From NCBI GenBank assembly GCA_963792965.1, contig CAWBYW010000018.1, positions 1 to 64,000 of the forward strand: a DNA stretch of 64,000 nt, given 5' to 3'. This document shows positions 25,254-35,871 of the stretch, piece by piece. Under the pieces are notes generated by a model that made no database searches, was not told the origin of the DNA, and worked only from the letters and a program-made list of their open reading frames with translations. This stretch comes from an uncultured delta proteobacterium. Lineage in GTDB: Bacteria > Desulfobacterota > Zymogenia > Zymogenales > Zymogenaceae. How positions within the stretch are numbered: the first letter of the stretch is position 1; every line of letters starts with the position of its first letter. The translations under genes and the position numbers were made by a program.

Positions 25254-26087
25254 TCACGTTTCTCTTAGCGAAAGGATTTCATTCATACTCCCGGTCCGAT
25301 AGCCGAGGGGGTCGATCACGACGGACGAAAACCCACACCCTTTGATGCCTCGCTCAACCGAGCCCCGAAAGGACCGGGACGAAAAGCGCGCAAGCTCGTC
25401 CGTCCCGACCTCGATCTTTGCGGTCTCGGCCAGAGATCTCACCCGACAGACGCGGAAACCGAGCCTTCTGAGTAAGGCTTCAGCCTCCCGCACGCGGCGA
25501 ATCTTCTCGCTCGTCAGCGCTTCGCCATAGGGAAACCGGGAGGCGAGGCAGGCCATCGGCGGCCGGTCAAAGCCGGGTATCCCCCTAAAGTGGGAAAGGC
25601 GCCTGATCTGATCCTTGTCCACCCCAAGCTCAAGGAACGGGGAGCGTATTCCGAGCTCGCCCAGAGCCCTCATCCCGGGACGGTAGTCCGACATGTCGTC
25701 GGCGTTGGTCCCGTCGATAACGGTATCAAGCCCCAACGATCGCGCCGCGTCGATGAGGATGGAAAAGATCGCTTTCTTGCAGAAATAGCAGCGATCGGGG
25801 TCGTTTGTTCTCACTTCCTGGATAGTGAGGGGCGAAAATTCGTACAGGATATGCCTGATTCCGGCCCGCCGGGCGGCCAGCCTCGCCTCCTCGATCTCAA
25901 AACGGTGCTGAAGAGGCCCTGTCACGGTCACGGCCGCCGCGCCGTCGCCAAGCGCCCCTTTGGCGAGGTACACCAACAGCGTCGAGTCAACCCCGCCCGA
26001 GAATGCGACCAGGCACCCCCCGCGCTCCGACAGCCATTCTTCGATCCGGGCCGACAGCATCTTCATGTCGTCTTCCTGGTGCTCCAT
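25254..26087 (-). CDS. larE: LarE-family ATP-dependent sulfur transferase
   Basis: SGGVDS PP-loop, RCYFCK, DGTNADD, DYRPG, ACLASRFPYG. Confidence 0.85.
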   Translation of the reverse strand: MEHQEDDMKMLSARIEEWLSERGGCLVAFSGGVDSTLLVYLAKGALGDGAAAVTVTGPLQHRFEIEEARLAARRAGIRHILYEFSPLTIQEVRTNDPDRCYFCKKAIFSILIDAARSLGLDTVIDGTNADDMSDYRPGMRALGELGIRSPFLELGVDKDQIRRLSHFRGIPGFDRPPMACLASRFPYGEALTSEKIRRVREAEALLRRLGFRVCRVRSLAETAKIEVGTDELARFSSRSFRGSVERGIKGCGFSSVVIDPLGYRTGSMNEILSLRET

Positions 26088-26180
26088 TGGCCCCCTCCGA
26101 TGCCTTTATCCCATTATAGCAGAAAACGGCCCGGCTCTCCAAAAAAACATAGCGGTTGGATCGACTTTATGTTATAAATA

Positions 26181-26741
26181 ATGGAATTCCTACGCTTAAA
26201 AGGAAACGCCATGAATGTGACCAGGAAGAGCTTCTATATCCTGACAATTGTCTTTTTCTTGATCGTCCTTTCGTGCGGTAAAGGCTCCCCTCCGGCGGAG
26301 GCCGGCGGAAGGGCCGCCGTGGGCGGGACGGCTCCCGATTTTGTTCTCAAGAACATCGACGGCACGGACGTGCGCCTCTCGGACTTGAGGGGGAAGGTGG
26401 TGCTCCTCAACTTCTGGGCCACCTGGTGCCCCCCGTGCAGGTCTGAGATGCCTTCTATCGAAAGTTTGAATAGAAAGATGAAGGGGTACGACTTCATCGT
26501 GCTGGCGGTCAGCATCGACGGCATCGAGACTTCGCGGCTGAGGAATTTCGTCGTGGGAAACGGATACACCTTTTCGGTCCTGCACGATCCCGAGCAAACC
26601 GTGGCCGATACCTATCTCGTCATGGGAATTCCGACCACCTACATCGTCGACAAGAACGGGACGATCGTGGATAAGTCGGTCGGAGCCGAATCGTGGGATT
26701 CGTCGGAGCGGATAAGACAGCTCATGTCGCTCGTCCGGTAG
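26181..26741 (+). CDS. TlpA/ResA-family thiol:disulfide oxidoreductase (lipoprotein)
   Basis: NFWATWCPPC, cis-Pro GIPT, lipobox VLSC; start may be ATG 26211. Confidence 0.9.
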   Translation: MEFLRLKGNAMNVTRKSFYILTIVFFLIVLSCGKGSPPAEAGGRAAVGGTAPDFVLKNIDGTDVRLSDLRGKVVLLNFWATWCPPCRSEMPSIESLNRKMKGYDFIVLAVSIDGIETSRLRNFVVGNGYTFSVLHDPEQTVADTYLVMGIPTTYIVDKNGTIVDKSVGAESWDSSERIRQLMSLVR

Positions 26742-26871
26742 GAATCTGCCACGACTTGAACCGTCGATACGATCGGAAAGTCTCAAAATACGACCGAGCA
26801 CATCTACGGTTCCGGATAAAGCGCGCCTGCAACGAAAAGCGACCTTTCGGTTTTCGGCGTGAGTTTATCGG

Positions 26872-27576
26872 ATGGCGTCCGCGCCCAATCCGGTCCACCC
26901 ACTGCAAACGGATTTTCCTCTCATGGAACACACCATCTTCCGGCTCCTCATCACCGAGGCGCTACCCGTCGCCTTTGTCGTCCTCTTTATTTCTTCAATC
27001 GTCGAGTATATCTTTCCTCCATTCCCCGGCGACACGGTCATGCTTTTCGGGGCCTTCCTTGCCGGGAGGGACGTCCTCTCCATCCCCCTGGTCTTCGCCG
27101 CCGGCACGCTCGGAAGCTTTGCGGGGTCGCTTTTAGTATACGTCCTCGGGAGGGCCTTGGGGAGGGACTATTTCCTGAGGAAGGATTTTTCCTTCTTCTC
27201 GGCCGAAAAAGTAACGATCCTCGAGGGGTGGTTTGCCCGGTGGGGCGGCGCGATTATCGCCGTTAACCGGTTCGCCCCCGGCTTTCGCTCCTTTTTCTTC
27301 GTAGCGGCGGGGATTGCGAAGATGCCCCTGTTCAAGGTCGCGGTATACAGCCTGGTCTCCGTTATCCTCTGGAACCTCGGCGTCTTCTACCTTGGTTACC
27401 GGATGGGACAACAATGGGAGAAGATGAAGGGTTTCCTCGAGCTCTACTCAAACGTCGTCATTATCTTCATAGCGGGCGTTATCATCATATATATCATTTT
27501 TAGAATCATCGCATCCAGGCGAAAGAAGGCCGAAAAATCAGATTCATACGGAGGCACCAAGACCGATGGAGTTTAA
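26872..27576 (+). CDS. DedA family membrane protein
   Basis: EYIFPPFPGD, RFAPGFRS; start uncertain (26923 possible). Confidence 0.88.
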   Translation: MASAPNPVHPLQTDFPLMEHTIFRLLITEALPVAFVVLFISSIVEYIFPPFPGDTVMLFGAFLAGRDVLSIPLVFAAGTLGSFAGSLLVYVLGRALGRDYFLRKDFSFFSAEKVTILEGWFARWGGAIIAVNRFAPGFRSFFFVAAGIAKMPLFKVAVYSLVSVILWNLGVFYLGYRMGQQWEKMKGFLELYSNVVIIFIAGVIIIYIIFRIIASRRKKAEKSDSYGGTKTDGV

Positions 27577-28600
27577 ATCGATCACAAAGAACGCCGTATT
27601 CCACGATCCCTTTAACAATTTCCAGCTGACCGAGCGGCCTACGGAAATCCGTGTCGACCCCCTCTCGGGAAGGACCTCGCGGGTCATCTATTTTCCCGTG
27701 ACCCTTCCCCAGCCGCCGGACCAGACTCCGCTTGCCGAGTTCACCAAGCAGTTCTGTCCCTTCTGCAGGCCGGCGGTCTTCGAGAGGACCCCGAAATTCC
27801 CCGAGGAGATCATCCCCGAGGGAAGGATGGCGCGGGGCAGCGCCGTGGTCTTCCCCAACGCCTTTCCGTACGACACCCACAGCGCCGTCGCCGTCGTTAC
27901 CGAGGGACACTACGTGAAGATGGACGCGTTTGATCCCCACGAGCTCGCCGACGGGATTATCGCCGGCCGGGATTACCTCAAACGGATAAACGGGCACTTC
28001 CGGGCCTGCGTCCATCTTTCCATCAACATGAACTATATGCCGCTGGCGGGCGGAAGCATACTGCACCCCCACATCCAGCTCATCGCGGGCGATATACCGA
28101 CGAACTACCAGCGAGAATGGTCCCATCTGTGCCGTACGTACCGAGCAGATAAGAAGAGTGACTATTTCGACGATTTGATCCGCGAGGAAGAAAAACGGGA
28201 CGAGCGCTTTATCATAAGATCGGGGGGGATCGTCTGGCTCTCCTCTTTTGCCCCGATGGGGATCACGGAATTCTTCTCGATCTTCGAGGACGGGGCTTCG
28301 ATCATCGAGACGTCGGAGGAGGCGCTCGAACATTTCGCACTCGGATTGACGGCCGTCCTGAAGTACCTTGCCTCGATGAATTTCATGAGCTTCAACATGT
28401 CCATCTACGGTGCTGCCCCGGCGGACCGGTCCGTAAAAACCCACGCGCGGATCGTGCCCCGGACGCTGCTCCCCCCGGTCGGCGCAAGTGACGTTAACTA
28501 TTTCGAGATGCTCCACCACGAGGTGTTGACGATCATCAAGCCGGAGGAATCGGCGAGGGGGGCGAAGGCCTTTTTTGACGGGCTGTCAGGGGAGAAGTGA
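27566..28600 (+). CDS. galactose-1-phosphate uridylyltransferase-like (HIT superfamily) protein
   Basis: DPLSG, CPFC, FPNAFPY, GGSILHPHIQ. Confidence 0.8.
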   Translation: MEFKSITKNAVFHDPFNNFQLTERPTEIRVDPLSGRTSRVIYFPVTLPQPPDQTPLAEFTKQFCPFCRPAVFERTPKFPEEIIPEGRMARGSAVVFPNAFPYDTHSAVAVVTEGHYVKMDAFDPHELADGIIAGRDYLKRINGHFRACVHLSINMNYMPLAGGSILHPHIQLIAGDIPTNYQREWSHLCRTYRADKKSDYFDDLIREEEKRDERFIIRSGGIVWLSSFAPMGITEFFSIFEDGASIIETSEEALEHFALGLTAVLKYLASMNFMSFNMSIYGAAPADRSVKTHARIVPRTLLPPVGASDVNYFEMLHHEVLTIIKPEESARGAKAFFDGLSGEK

Positions 28601-28659
28601 GGCAAGCAGCGGTCCCGGGATGGGAGGCACGTGAGAGATATCGCGGCATCCGTATCCCC

Positions 28660-29532
28660 TCATGGGGCAGTGCCCTTCATATCTGCCTCGGCCTTTTCCA
28701 TGAGCGACCTCACGGTGTCGTCTCGGGAGTACTGGGCCGTGCCGATCATGATCTGGATCTGACGGGGGATGACTAAGGTCGAGTCTTCCTCGATAATCTT
28801 TTTCATCTTCTTGGCCGCGGCGCTCGTCTCTTCCTCCTTTGTGTTGGGGAGCAGCACGAGGAGCTGTTCGGGGCCGAGCCTCCCGCTGATATCCCCCCGC
28901 CGCATGTTCATCCTGAAGAGATACCCCACCCGCTGCATCACCTCCTCGGCCTTTTTTGAGCCGAATTCCTTTTTGATCGGTTCAAGGTCGCAGATACGGG
29001 CGATCATCACGCCGAGGGGAGAACCGTAGCGGACGGCGTTCTCGACTTTCACCTCGAAATACTCCATGATCTTGTGGCGCGTATAGAGGCCGGTGAGGAG
29101 ATCCACCGGGGTCATCCGCTGGATGTCGCGTTTGAGCTCCTCGACCTCGAGGCGCGGCCGATCGTCCCGCATCACCTCCACGACCCCGATGACCACTCCC
29201 CCGGGGTCGAGCACCGGGATCACGCGGACCTCCACGGGAAAGATGTTATTTTTTCTATCCCGAAAGAAGTTTCTGCCCTCATAGACCTTTCCCTCGGCAA
29301 GCGCACGGTCGAGCGGACAGGAACAATCGCAGAGGCTGGCGCCGTCGGCGTCGGTATGTCTCTCGGGGAAATCCCCGCACTTTTTCCCGGCAAGTTCCCA
29401 CATCCGATACCCGAGGAGACGCTCGCTGTACGGGTTGATATAGAGAATCCGTTTTTGAATGTCTACGAATCGGACGCTCTGATCGAGGTTGTCGGCCAGT
29501 GTCAAAAAGAATTTCGTATTGATCGCTTCCAT
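28660..29532 (-). CDS. PAS + degenerate GGDEF domain protein
   Basis: PAS domain, DLLTGLY, RRGD I-site, active-site motif altered to GPEQL. Confidence 0.8.
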   Translation of the reverse strand: MEAINTKFFLTLADNLDQSVRFVDIQKRILYINPYSERLLGYRMWELAGKKCGDFPERHTDADGASLCDCSCPLDRALAEGKVYEGRNFFRDRKNNIFPVEVRVIPVLDPGGVVIGVVEVMRDDRPRLEVEELKRDIQRMTPVDLLTGLYTRHKIMEYFEVKVENAVRYGSPLGVMIARICDLEPIKKEFGSKKAEEVMQRVGYLFRMNMRRGDISGRLGPEQLLVLLPNTKEEETSAAAKKMKKIIEEDSTLVIPRQIQIMIGTAQYSRDDTVRSLMEKAEADMKGTAP

Positions 29533-29540
29533 GGCCCCGC

Positions 29541-31247
29541 CTATAGTACGCGCAGTGTTCTCATCCTGTTGACCGCCCCGACGGCCTCAAAAATCCGGGG
29601 ACAGGCCAGATCACCCACCCTGTACGGGAGTAAGACGTCGAGCCCCTCTTTTTCTATATCGGAAAAGACGCGGCCGAGCCCCTCGGCAAGCGGGAGTCCG
29701 CCGGGGGCGTATTCGGACGCGTAGCGATGGATGATATTTCCGACGGCCCGGGTCTGGCCCGTTTCCACCAGTTGCGAGAGGGAAGACAGGTCTATCTCGA
29801 GGGCGCCGAAAAGTATCTTTTTACTGCCTCTTGCGTCGATCCTGACCTCCCTCTTCCCCCACGAGGGGTCAAACGAGGACGCATCGGGCACCCTCTTTGT
29901 GATTTCTCCGAAGGTCTGGCCGCCCTCGTCCCGGCGCGAGGCGCGGTGCCTGAGCGAGACCTCTTTGGCGCGCTCAGTCACATCTTTGGGGAGGTAGTTA
30001 TCCATCGCGATGACCGTGTCGGCCACGTCCAGATAGTCACCGCTCCCTCCCATGACAAGTATCGTGGACACCCCGTGGTCCCGATAGAGTTTTCCCACCT
30101 TGTCCACGAAAGGCGTGATCGGCTCCTTATCCTTGGAGATCAATTCCTGCATCCGCTCGTCCCGGATCATGAAGTTTGTGGCCGAAGTATCCTCGTCGAT
30201 GAGGAGAAGCCGCGAACCCGCGTCGAGCGCCTCCATGATGTTAGCCGCCTGAGAGGTGGAGCCGCTCGCATTGTCCGTCGAAAATCGTACCGTTTCCCTG
30301 CCGAAGGGGAGATTGGTAATGAAGGGACTGATATCGACCTTCTCGACGTACCTGCCGTCCTCGGCCCTGATCTTGACGGCCGTCCCATCCGTGGCCACGA
30401 GCTCCCGGCCATCAGTCGGGATGTGGGGGTAGACGGCCCGCTCGAGAGCCGAAAGGAGCGTCGATTTCCCGTGGAACCCCCCGCCGACGATCAGCGTTAC
30501 TCCTCGCGGGATTCCCATGCCGGTGATCCGGCCCCGATGGGGGAGCTCGATGGAAACCGCGAGCGAATCGGGCGCGCAGGTAGGCACTCCCCCCCGGTCG
30601 AGCGGACGGTCGTCGATCCCGCTGCTGCGGGCAAGCATCGATCCATCGCCGATAAAGGCGCAGAGCCCCAGCTCCGAGAGCCGCCCCTGAAGGTGGAGAT
30701 AGTCCTCAACCGTATTGACGTGTCGGGCAAACTCCTCTGGGTCGATGTGAGACGTAAATAGAGACTCGGCGGTCACCTTCGGGATTTCGTCAAAGAAGAT
30801 CGCGATCGCCTCGTCGCCGAGTATCGTCCTGCCGACGGCCGGGAGCCCCACGACGAACCTGATCTCGATTGTCTCCCGGCTGATAACGCACGAGTTCCTC
30901 GACAGCACTTCCTGGCCGGGAAGATCGATTGCGACCAGCCCGCTCTTTCCCATGCCGCGGTGACCCTTCGTCATCGTGACGATCGCCTGATGAAATCGCC
31001 GAGTCAGGAAGTCGGCGGCGGCCGTTTTCCTCACGTGGTTGGAAAAGAGGGAGGGATCCAACCCCGTGTCTGTTCTCTTGACGGAGACGCTCACGCGTGA
31101 CGGCGCGGCGAAGGGATCCCCTTGGACATGGTCGATGGAGAGCGTAAAACTCCCGAAGTCGTAGGAGCCACTTATTCCCGCGTAGGCCTTGTAGCCTTTC
31201 CGGTCGATGGCATTAAGGGTCGAGAGGAGCTGTTGTTTCGGCTTCAT
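29541..31247 (-). CDS. ABC-ATPase domain protein (predicted P-loop ATPase family)
   Basis: HVQGDPFAAPS, GGGFHGKST, ASGSTSQAA, LLIDEDTSATNFM. Confidence 0.85.
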   Translation of the reverse strand: MKPKQQLLSTLNAIDRKGYKAYAGISGSYDFGSFTLSIDHVQGDPFAAPSRVSVSVKRTDTGLDPSLFSNHVRKTAAADFLTRRFHQAIVTMTKGHRGMGKSGLVAIDLPGQEVLSRNSCVISRETIEIRFVVGLPAVGRTILGDEAIAIFFDEIPKVTAESLFTSHIDPEEFARHVNTVEDYLHLQGRLSELGLCAFIGDGSMLARSSGIDDRPLDRGGVPTCAPDSLAVSIELPHRGRITGMGIPRGVTLIVGGGFHGKSTLLSALERAVYPHIPTDGRELVATDGTAVKIRAEDGRYVEKVDISPFITNLPFGRETVRFSTDNASGSTSQAANIMEALDAGSRLLLIDEDTSATNFMIRDERMQELISKDKEPITPFVDKVGKLYRDHGVSTILVMGGSGDYLDVADTVIAMDNYLPKDVTERAKEVSLRHRASRRDEGGQTFGEITKRVPDASSFDPSWGKREVRIDARGSKKILFGALEIDLSSLSQLVETGQTRAVGNIIHRYASEYAPGGLPLAEGLGRVFSDIEKEGLDVLLPYRVGDLACPRIFEAVGAVNRMRTLRVL

Positions 31248-31393
31248 CTCCGCTCCACATAAGAGGGTATTACTATATCATTTTGAGACATTAATGTAAA
31301 TTAGTTTTGACGGCCCTTTCATATGAAATGCGAGCGGGGCCGGGTGGTTGTAGCCGGCCCATAATCAGGCCTTTGGATATAACCGATGGAAAC

Positions 31394-31430
31394 AAGAAAA
31401 GGCGTCCGGAAAAAACCTGGACGCCCTCTT
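31394..31430 (-). terminator. probable rho-independent terminator
   Basis: GGCGTCC/GGACGCC stem followed by a U-rich tail on the minus strand, downstream of the DUF3426 gene. Confidence 0.55.
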
Positions 31431-31479
31431 CTCAAAATAAATAGTCCTTAACACGATAGATATCTCGTGACCGCTTCTC

Positions 31480-32835
31480 CTATTTACCCACAACCTGAGC
31501 GTCGACCACCGTCACGTTATAGCCGTCGGTGTTCTTGGGGACGCTGAAGACAACCAGCATATACGGGATGGACTCCGCCGGCTTGATCAGCGCATTGTTG
31601 AACTTCTTACCCGCCTCGACGGAAAGCAGCTTTGTGATTTCCGTTCTGGGAAGAGCCTCGAGCTGGCCGAGATCGAGAATATTACCGGCATACGACTCCG
31701 ATCTTCCTATCTCCTTGCCGGCCTTGTCGTAGAAGGTCACTCTGACCTTAATGCGTCCCTTGGGAACCTCTGAATGGTTCAGGATAGCCCCCTCGACGAC
31801 AAAGATCTTTCCGATCTCTTTGTTCTCGACATAATAGTACTGCATCTTCGTTTCGACGTTCTCAAAGCCTGCCAGCGGGTCCTCCTTGCCGGAGAAAAGG
31901 GAGAGCAGCTTTACCGGATCGAACCCCTTGGCGAAGTACGTCGTATATCCGTAATATCCCACCGCGGCCAACAAGAAGATGATCAAGACAGCGACCATCA
32001 TGGGGCTTGTCCGCGACGCTTTCTTTTTCGGCTTCTTTATGAGCTTGGGCTCCTCGATATCCCCTATGCCCGAGTCGTCCATGCCGATGCCGACCGAGTC
32101 GCCGAAGCCGATGTCTCCCCCCTTATTGCCCAGGAAGTCATCATTACCCATGGGAAAGTCATCGCCGATAGTCTTTGCCTTCCCGGGTTGCGGGCCGGCC
32201 GCGGAAGCGGGAGGACGGCTGGAGGCCTGCGGTTTTTCATCCTCGAGCGCGGAGAGGTCAAAGTCTCCGCCCTCGTCGAGCACCGACTTCGCGCCGCCGG
32301 CAGTGGAGGCCTCGTCAAAGGAGATGTCAAGATCACCGAGATTGCCCTCGAGCCCTTTGTCCGAAGAGGCACCCACCCCGGCATCCGGCCCCTTTTTCTC
32401 TCCAAGATCAAATTCGAGGGAATCGCCGCCGCCTGGCACCCCCCCCGTCCCTTTTCCGAGATCGAATTCGAGAGAATCGTCGGCCGATCCCCCCGTCTTA
32501 CGTGCGGATCCCTGGTCGAGATCGGCGTCGAGATTGAAATCGGAATCTCCGGTATCAAGGCCGAAGTCATCCGTTCCAAGGTCCTGGTCCAGATCTCCCC
32601 CGAGGTCGGACTTCTCAGTCCCTTCCGCCGAGAGATCGCTTCCCCCCTCACTGAACGCGGACAAGTCATCATCAAGACCGGCGGAGAGTGAGTCTTCCTG
32701 GGGTCGGGCCTGATTCGGGGGAGTCACGGTAAAGACATTCTTGCAGCGGGTGCAGCGGATCTTGACACCCTCGGGTTTGACCTTATCGTCGGGGAGGTTA
32801 AATTTTGTATTGCAGTGGCTGCATTCTACGATCAT
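31480..32835 (-). CDS. zinc-ribbon (MJ0042-type) + acidic linker + TM + DUF3426-like domain protein (ZitP-like architecture)
   Basis: MIVECSHCNTKF...KIRCTRCKNVF, Asp/Gly-rich linker, single TM, periplasmic C-terminal domain. Confidence 0.8.
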   Translation of the reverse strand: MIVECSHCNTKFNLPDDKVKPEGVKIRCTRCKNVFTVTPPNQARPQEDSLSAGLDDDLSAFSEGGSDLSAEGTEKSDLGGDLDQDLGTDDFGLDTGDSDFNLDADLDQGSARKTGGSADDSLEFDLGKGTGGVPGGGDSLEFDLGEKKGPDAGVGASSDKGLEGNLGDLDISFDEASTAGGAKSVLDEGGDFDLSALEDEKPQASSRPPASAAGPQPGKAKTIGDDFPMGNDDFLGNKGGDIGFGDSVGIGMDDSGIGDIEEPKLIKKPKKKASRTSPMMVAVLIIFLLAAVGYYGYTTYFAKGFDPVKLLSLFSGKEDPLAGFENVETKMQYYYVENKEIGKIFVVEGAILNHSEVPKGRIKVRVTFYDKAGKEIGRSESYAGNILDLGQLEALPRTEITKLLSVEAGKKFNNALIKPAESIPYMLVVFSVPKNTDGYNVTVVDAQVVGK

Positions 32836-33015
32836 CGGGCCATCCTCCCTTGTAAAGAAGAGAGATGTATTTTGTGTTTTCATTATATCACCCGAGAAAC
32901 TTTTGACAAGCAAAAACACCGGTGATGCGGTATATACTTGTATTCGGAATAGTTTAAATATATAATACGGTCAGAGATTTTGTGATTTTCATTCCGATTC
33001 ACATCCGATTGGATC

Positions 33016-34080
33016 ATGGAAGACAAGAGTTTCTGGGAGCAGATCCAAAAAAGAAACGAGGAACTCTCGACAATCAATGAGATTGGAAGGGCCCTCACCT
33101 CAAGCCTTGACGTCAGGGAGATCCTTTCGATCATCATGCAGCAGATCAGCTTCCTTCTCCAGCCGAAGAACTGGTCGCTGCTCTTGGTCGATGACGTAAA
33201 GGGAGATCTCTACTTCGAGATCGTCGTCGGAGATAACGCCGACAAGATAAAGAACCTCCGGCTCAAGATGGGCGAGGGAATAGCGGGGTGGGTGGCCGAA
33301 AACGGGAAACCGGTCCTCGTCTCGGACGTCTACAAGGACCCGCGCTTCTCCCCCAAGGCCGACAGAGCCTCCAACTTCAAGACGAAGTCCATCGTCTGTG
33401 TGCCCGTGGTAAGCAGGGACAGGGCCATCGGAGTCATTGAGCTGGTCAACTACTGCGACGACAAGGAGTTCACCGAAGACGACCTGCGCATCCTCTCGAT
33501 CCTGGCCGACTATACCGCCATCGCGCTTGAAAACGCCCGCTACTACGACATGGCCAGGCGGCTTATCCTCACCGACGAGCTGACGGGCCTCTACAACTCC
33601 CGTTATCTCCACCAGCTCCTCAACGGGGAGGGTGAAGACGAGATGAAAGACCTGAGCCAGGTCTCCATGATCTTCGTCGATCTTGACTACTTCAAAAATA
33701 TCAACGATAAATACGGGCACCTCATCGGGAGCAAGACCCTCAGGGAATTGGGAGGACTTCTGAAGGGAACGCTCAAAGGAAAAGAAAAAGGGATCCGTTA
33801 CGGGGGCGACGAATTCGTCATCATCCTTCCGAAAAGCGACAAAAGCCAGGCGTATGAGATCGCCAAGAAGATACGGACCAGGATCAAGAAGACCCGCTTC
33901 TTGATCGCCGAGGGCCTCAACATCAAGCTCACCGCCAGCTTCGGCGTGGCCTCCATACCGGAGGACGCCTCAAACTATCAGGAGCTGATCGGCGAGGCGG
34001 ACAAAGCCATGTATCAGGTAAAAAACACCTTCCGCGACGGCATATCTCTGGCCAAGACTACCTGGGTCAGCGGTTTTTGA
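33016..34080 (+). CDS. GAF + GGDEF diguanylate cyclase
   Basis: GEGIAGWVA GAF domain, TDELTGLYN, DLDYFKNIND, RYGGDEF. Confidence 0.92.
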   Translation: MEDKSFWEQIQKRNEELSTINEIGRALTSSLDVREILSIIMQQISFLLQPKNWSLLLVDDVKGDLYFEIVVGDNADKIKNLRLKMGEGIAGWVAENGKPVLVSDVYKDPRFSPKADRASNFKTKSIVCVPVVSRDRAIGVIELVNYCDDKEFTEDDLRILSILADYTAIALENARYYDMARRLILTDELTGLYNSRYLHQLLNGEGEDEMKDLSQVSMIFVDLDYFKNINDKYGHLIGSKTLRELGGLLKGTLKGKEKGIRYGGDEFVIILPKSDKSQAYEIAKKIRTRIKKTRFLIAEGLNIKLTASFGVASIPEDASNYQELIGEADKAMYQVKNTFRDGISLAKTTWVSGF

Positions 34081-34133
34081 CGCGCCCGGTAGGCGGCCGA
34101 TTTCCCCTATAGACATAAGACAGGAGACGATGA

Positions 34134-35231
34134 ATGAACTCACGAGAGCGGGTCGACGCGACGATCAACCTCCAGGAGCCGGATCGCGTTCCGGTGGGCC
34201 CCTTCATGATCTGGCACAACGCAATAGCCGCCGGAGTCAGCATCAAAGACTACGCATGGAACGTGGACACCTGTTTTCGGGCGAACAAGAAGTCCCTCGA
34301 GTTCTATGACAACGGCTTTGACGTCATGAACCTCGCCCCGATGCTCTTGGCCTACTCCAACATCAACCCGGTTCTCTACAGCGCCCTCTATTTTGACTGG
34401 CGGTTCCCCGAGGACAACATTCCCCAGTTCTTCGAGGCAACCATGGGGGACGAGACACTCTACGATACGATCCTGAAAAAAGGCTTTTCCACCGTCAGGA
34501 CCTTCAAGCGCGTCGGCCTTTCCCGGGTAGTGGTAAACCTTACCGTCGACGTTATAAAATATATGCGATGGATGAAGGTCGTGAAGCGAGAGTGGGACGT
34601 CGTTCCCTTCGGGGATATGGTCTGCTATACGCCGGCCGAGATCATGCTCTTCATGCGCGCAAACCAGGGTTTTGTAGACATCAGGAAGCGCCCCGAAAAG
34701 CTCATCGAGCTCAACGAGAAGTACAACAAGATCTTCATCAAGAGATCTATCCAGCTGGCCAAGCTCCTCAAGACCGAATTCATTTTCATGCCTTCGCTGA
34801 AGTTCTCCACGAGCTTCATGAATCCCAAGATCTTCGAGAAGATCCAGTGGCCCTGGTACAAGGAGATGGCAGAGTCGTTCGTCGGCGCCGGTTTCAAGGT
34901 GCTGCTGCATCTGGACGGCGACTGGGGACCGCTGCTTGAGCACTTCACCGAGCTGACCCCCAAGAAGTATGTCATGGAGCTCGACGTGACCGACATGAAA
35001 CGCGCAAAGAAGACGGTCGGGCATCTCATGTGCATCAAGGGGATGGTCGGCCCCCTGACGCTGGCCATGGGGACGGTCAAGGAGGTGGAGCGGGAGTGCA
35101 AGCGTTTCATCGACGACTGCGCGCCCGGTGGTGGTTTCATCCTCTCCTCCGGGTGCGAGGCGCCGTCCAATACAAAGCCCGAGAACATGCGGATGATGAT
35201 ACGATGCGCACGGGAGTACGGAAAGTATTGA
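34134..35231 (+). CDS. uroporphyrinogen decarboxylase-like / MtaA-type methyltransferase family protein
   Basis: ERV....PDRVPV N-terminus, LHLDGDW, GGGFILSSGC, TKPEN. Confidence 0.8.
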   Translation: MNSRERVDATINLQEPDRVPVGPFMIWHNAIAAGVSIKDYAWNVDTCFRANKKSLEFYDNGFDVMNLAPMLLAYSNINPVLYSALYFDWRFPEDNIPQFFEATMGDETLYDTILKKGFSTVRTFKRVGLSRVVVNLTVDVIKYMRWMKVVKREWDVVPFGDMVCYTPAEIMLFMRANQGFVDIRKRPEKLIELNEKYNKIFIKRSIQLAKLLKTEFIFMPSLKFSTSFMNPKIFEKIQWPWYKEMAESFVGAGFKVLLHLDGDWGPLLEHFTELTPKKYVMELDVTDMKRAKKTVGHLMCIKGMVGPLTLAMGTVKEVERECKRFIDDCAPGGGFILSSGCEAPSNTKPENMRMMIRCAREYGKY

Positions 35232-35374
35232 GTCGGACAGAAAGTCTCACACGTGATAACGGGCACCCACGGGGTGGGCCCGTTATCGTTCTATCGGCCG
35301 TTCGCGTTCCGCATGCGGTACCGACCGGCCCCGAATAGGCCGGCTGCAGGTACGGTGCCCGACCGCCGAGTCTG

Positions 35375-35785
35375 CTATCTGAAGAGGTCTCTGATCGACG
35401 CGATCTTCTTGTATATCTCTTCAAGCCCCGCGTATCTCAGGATATCCTCGAATGTCGTGGATTTGAGCGATTTGAGTTCTTCGAGCTTCTTTGTCGCATC
35501 CTCCCGCTGAGCCTTCAGCATCTCGACGTTCTTATCGATCTCTTGTTGCGTCTGCCCGCCGACTACGCGCGCCTGGGCGGTGAGCTCAGCGATGGAACGA
35601 TCGTACTGCGTGAGCTGTTCCTCCAGCTGCCCCGTGAGCTCATCGATATTCTTGCCCGCGCTCTCCTTCAGCGTCTCGGGAATCGTCCCGGTGCCTTCCG
35701 TGCCGTTCCTCCCACACGAGGCGACCGAAAGGCCCAGGCAGAGGATCGCCGATGCGGCCACCACGGCTAACATTATCCGCTTCAT
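35375..35785 (-). CDS. helical (coiled-coil) lipoprotein
   Basis: Signal peptide with lipobox VASC; GGAGGAG RBS. Confidence 0.7.
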   Translation of the reverse strand: MKRIMLAVVAASAILCLGLSVASCGRNGTEGTGTIPETLKESAGKNIDELTGQLEEQLTQYDRSIAELTAQARVVGGQTQQEIDKNVEMLKAQREDATKKLEELKSLKSTTFEDILRYAGLEEIYKKIASIRDLFR

Positions 35786-35871
35786 TTCTCCTCCTCGCCG
35801 AGGAGCGTCGAGGCGATACGCAGCGCCTTCCTTTCCTTCAGCTTCTTTTCACGTACCGTATGATTTTCCTC

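Noticed and set aside
31330-31372. GC-rich hairpin as tRNA or SRP RNA
   Set aside because: There is a single stem only, with no cloverleaf, T-loop or SRP motif.
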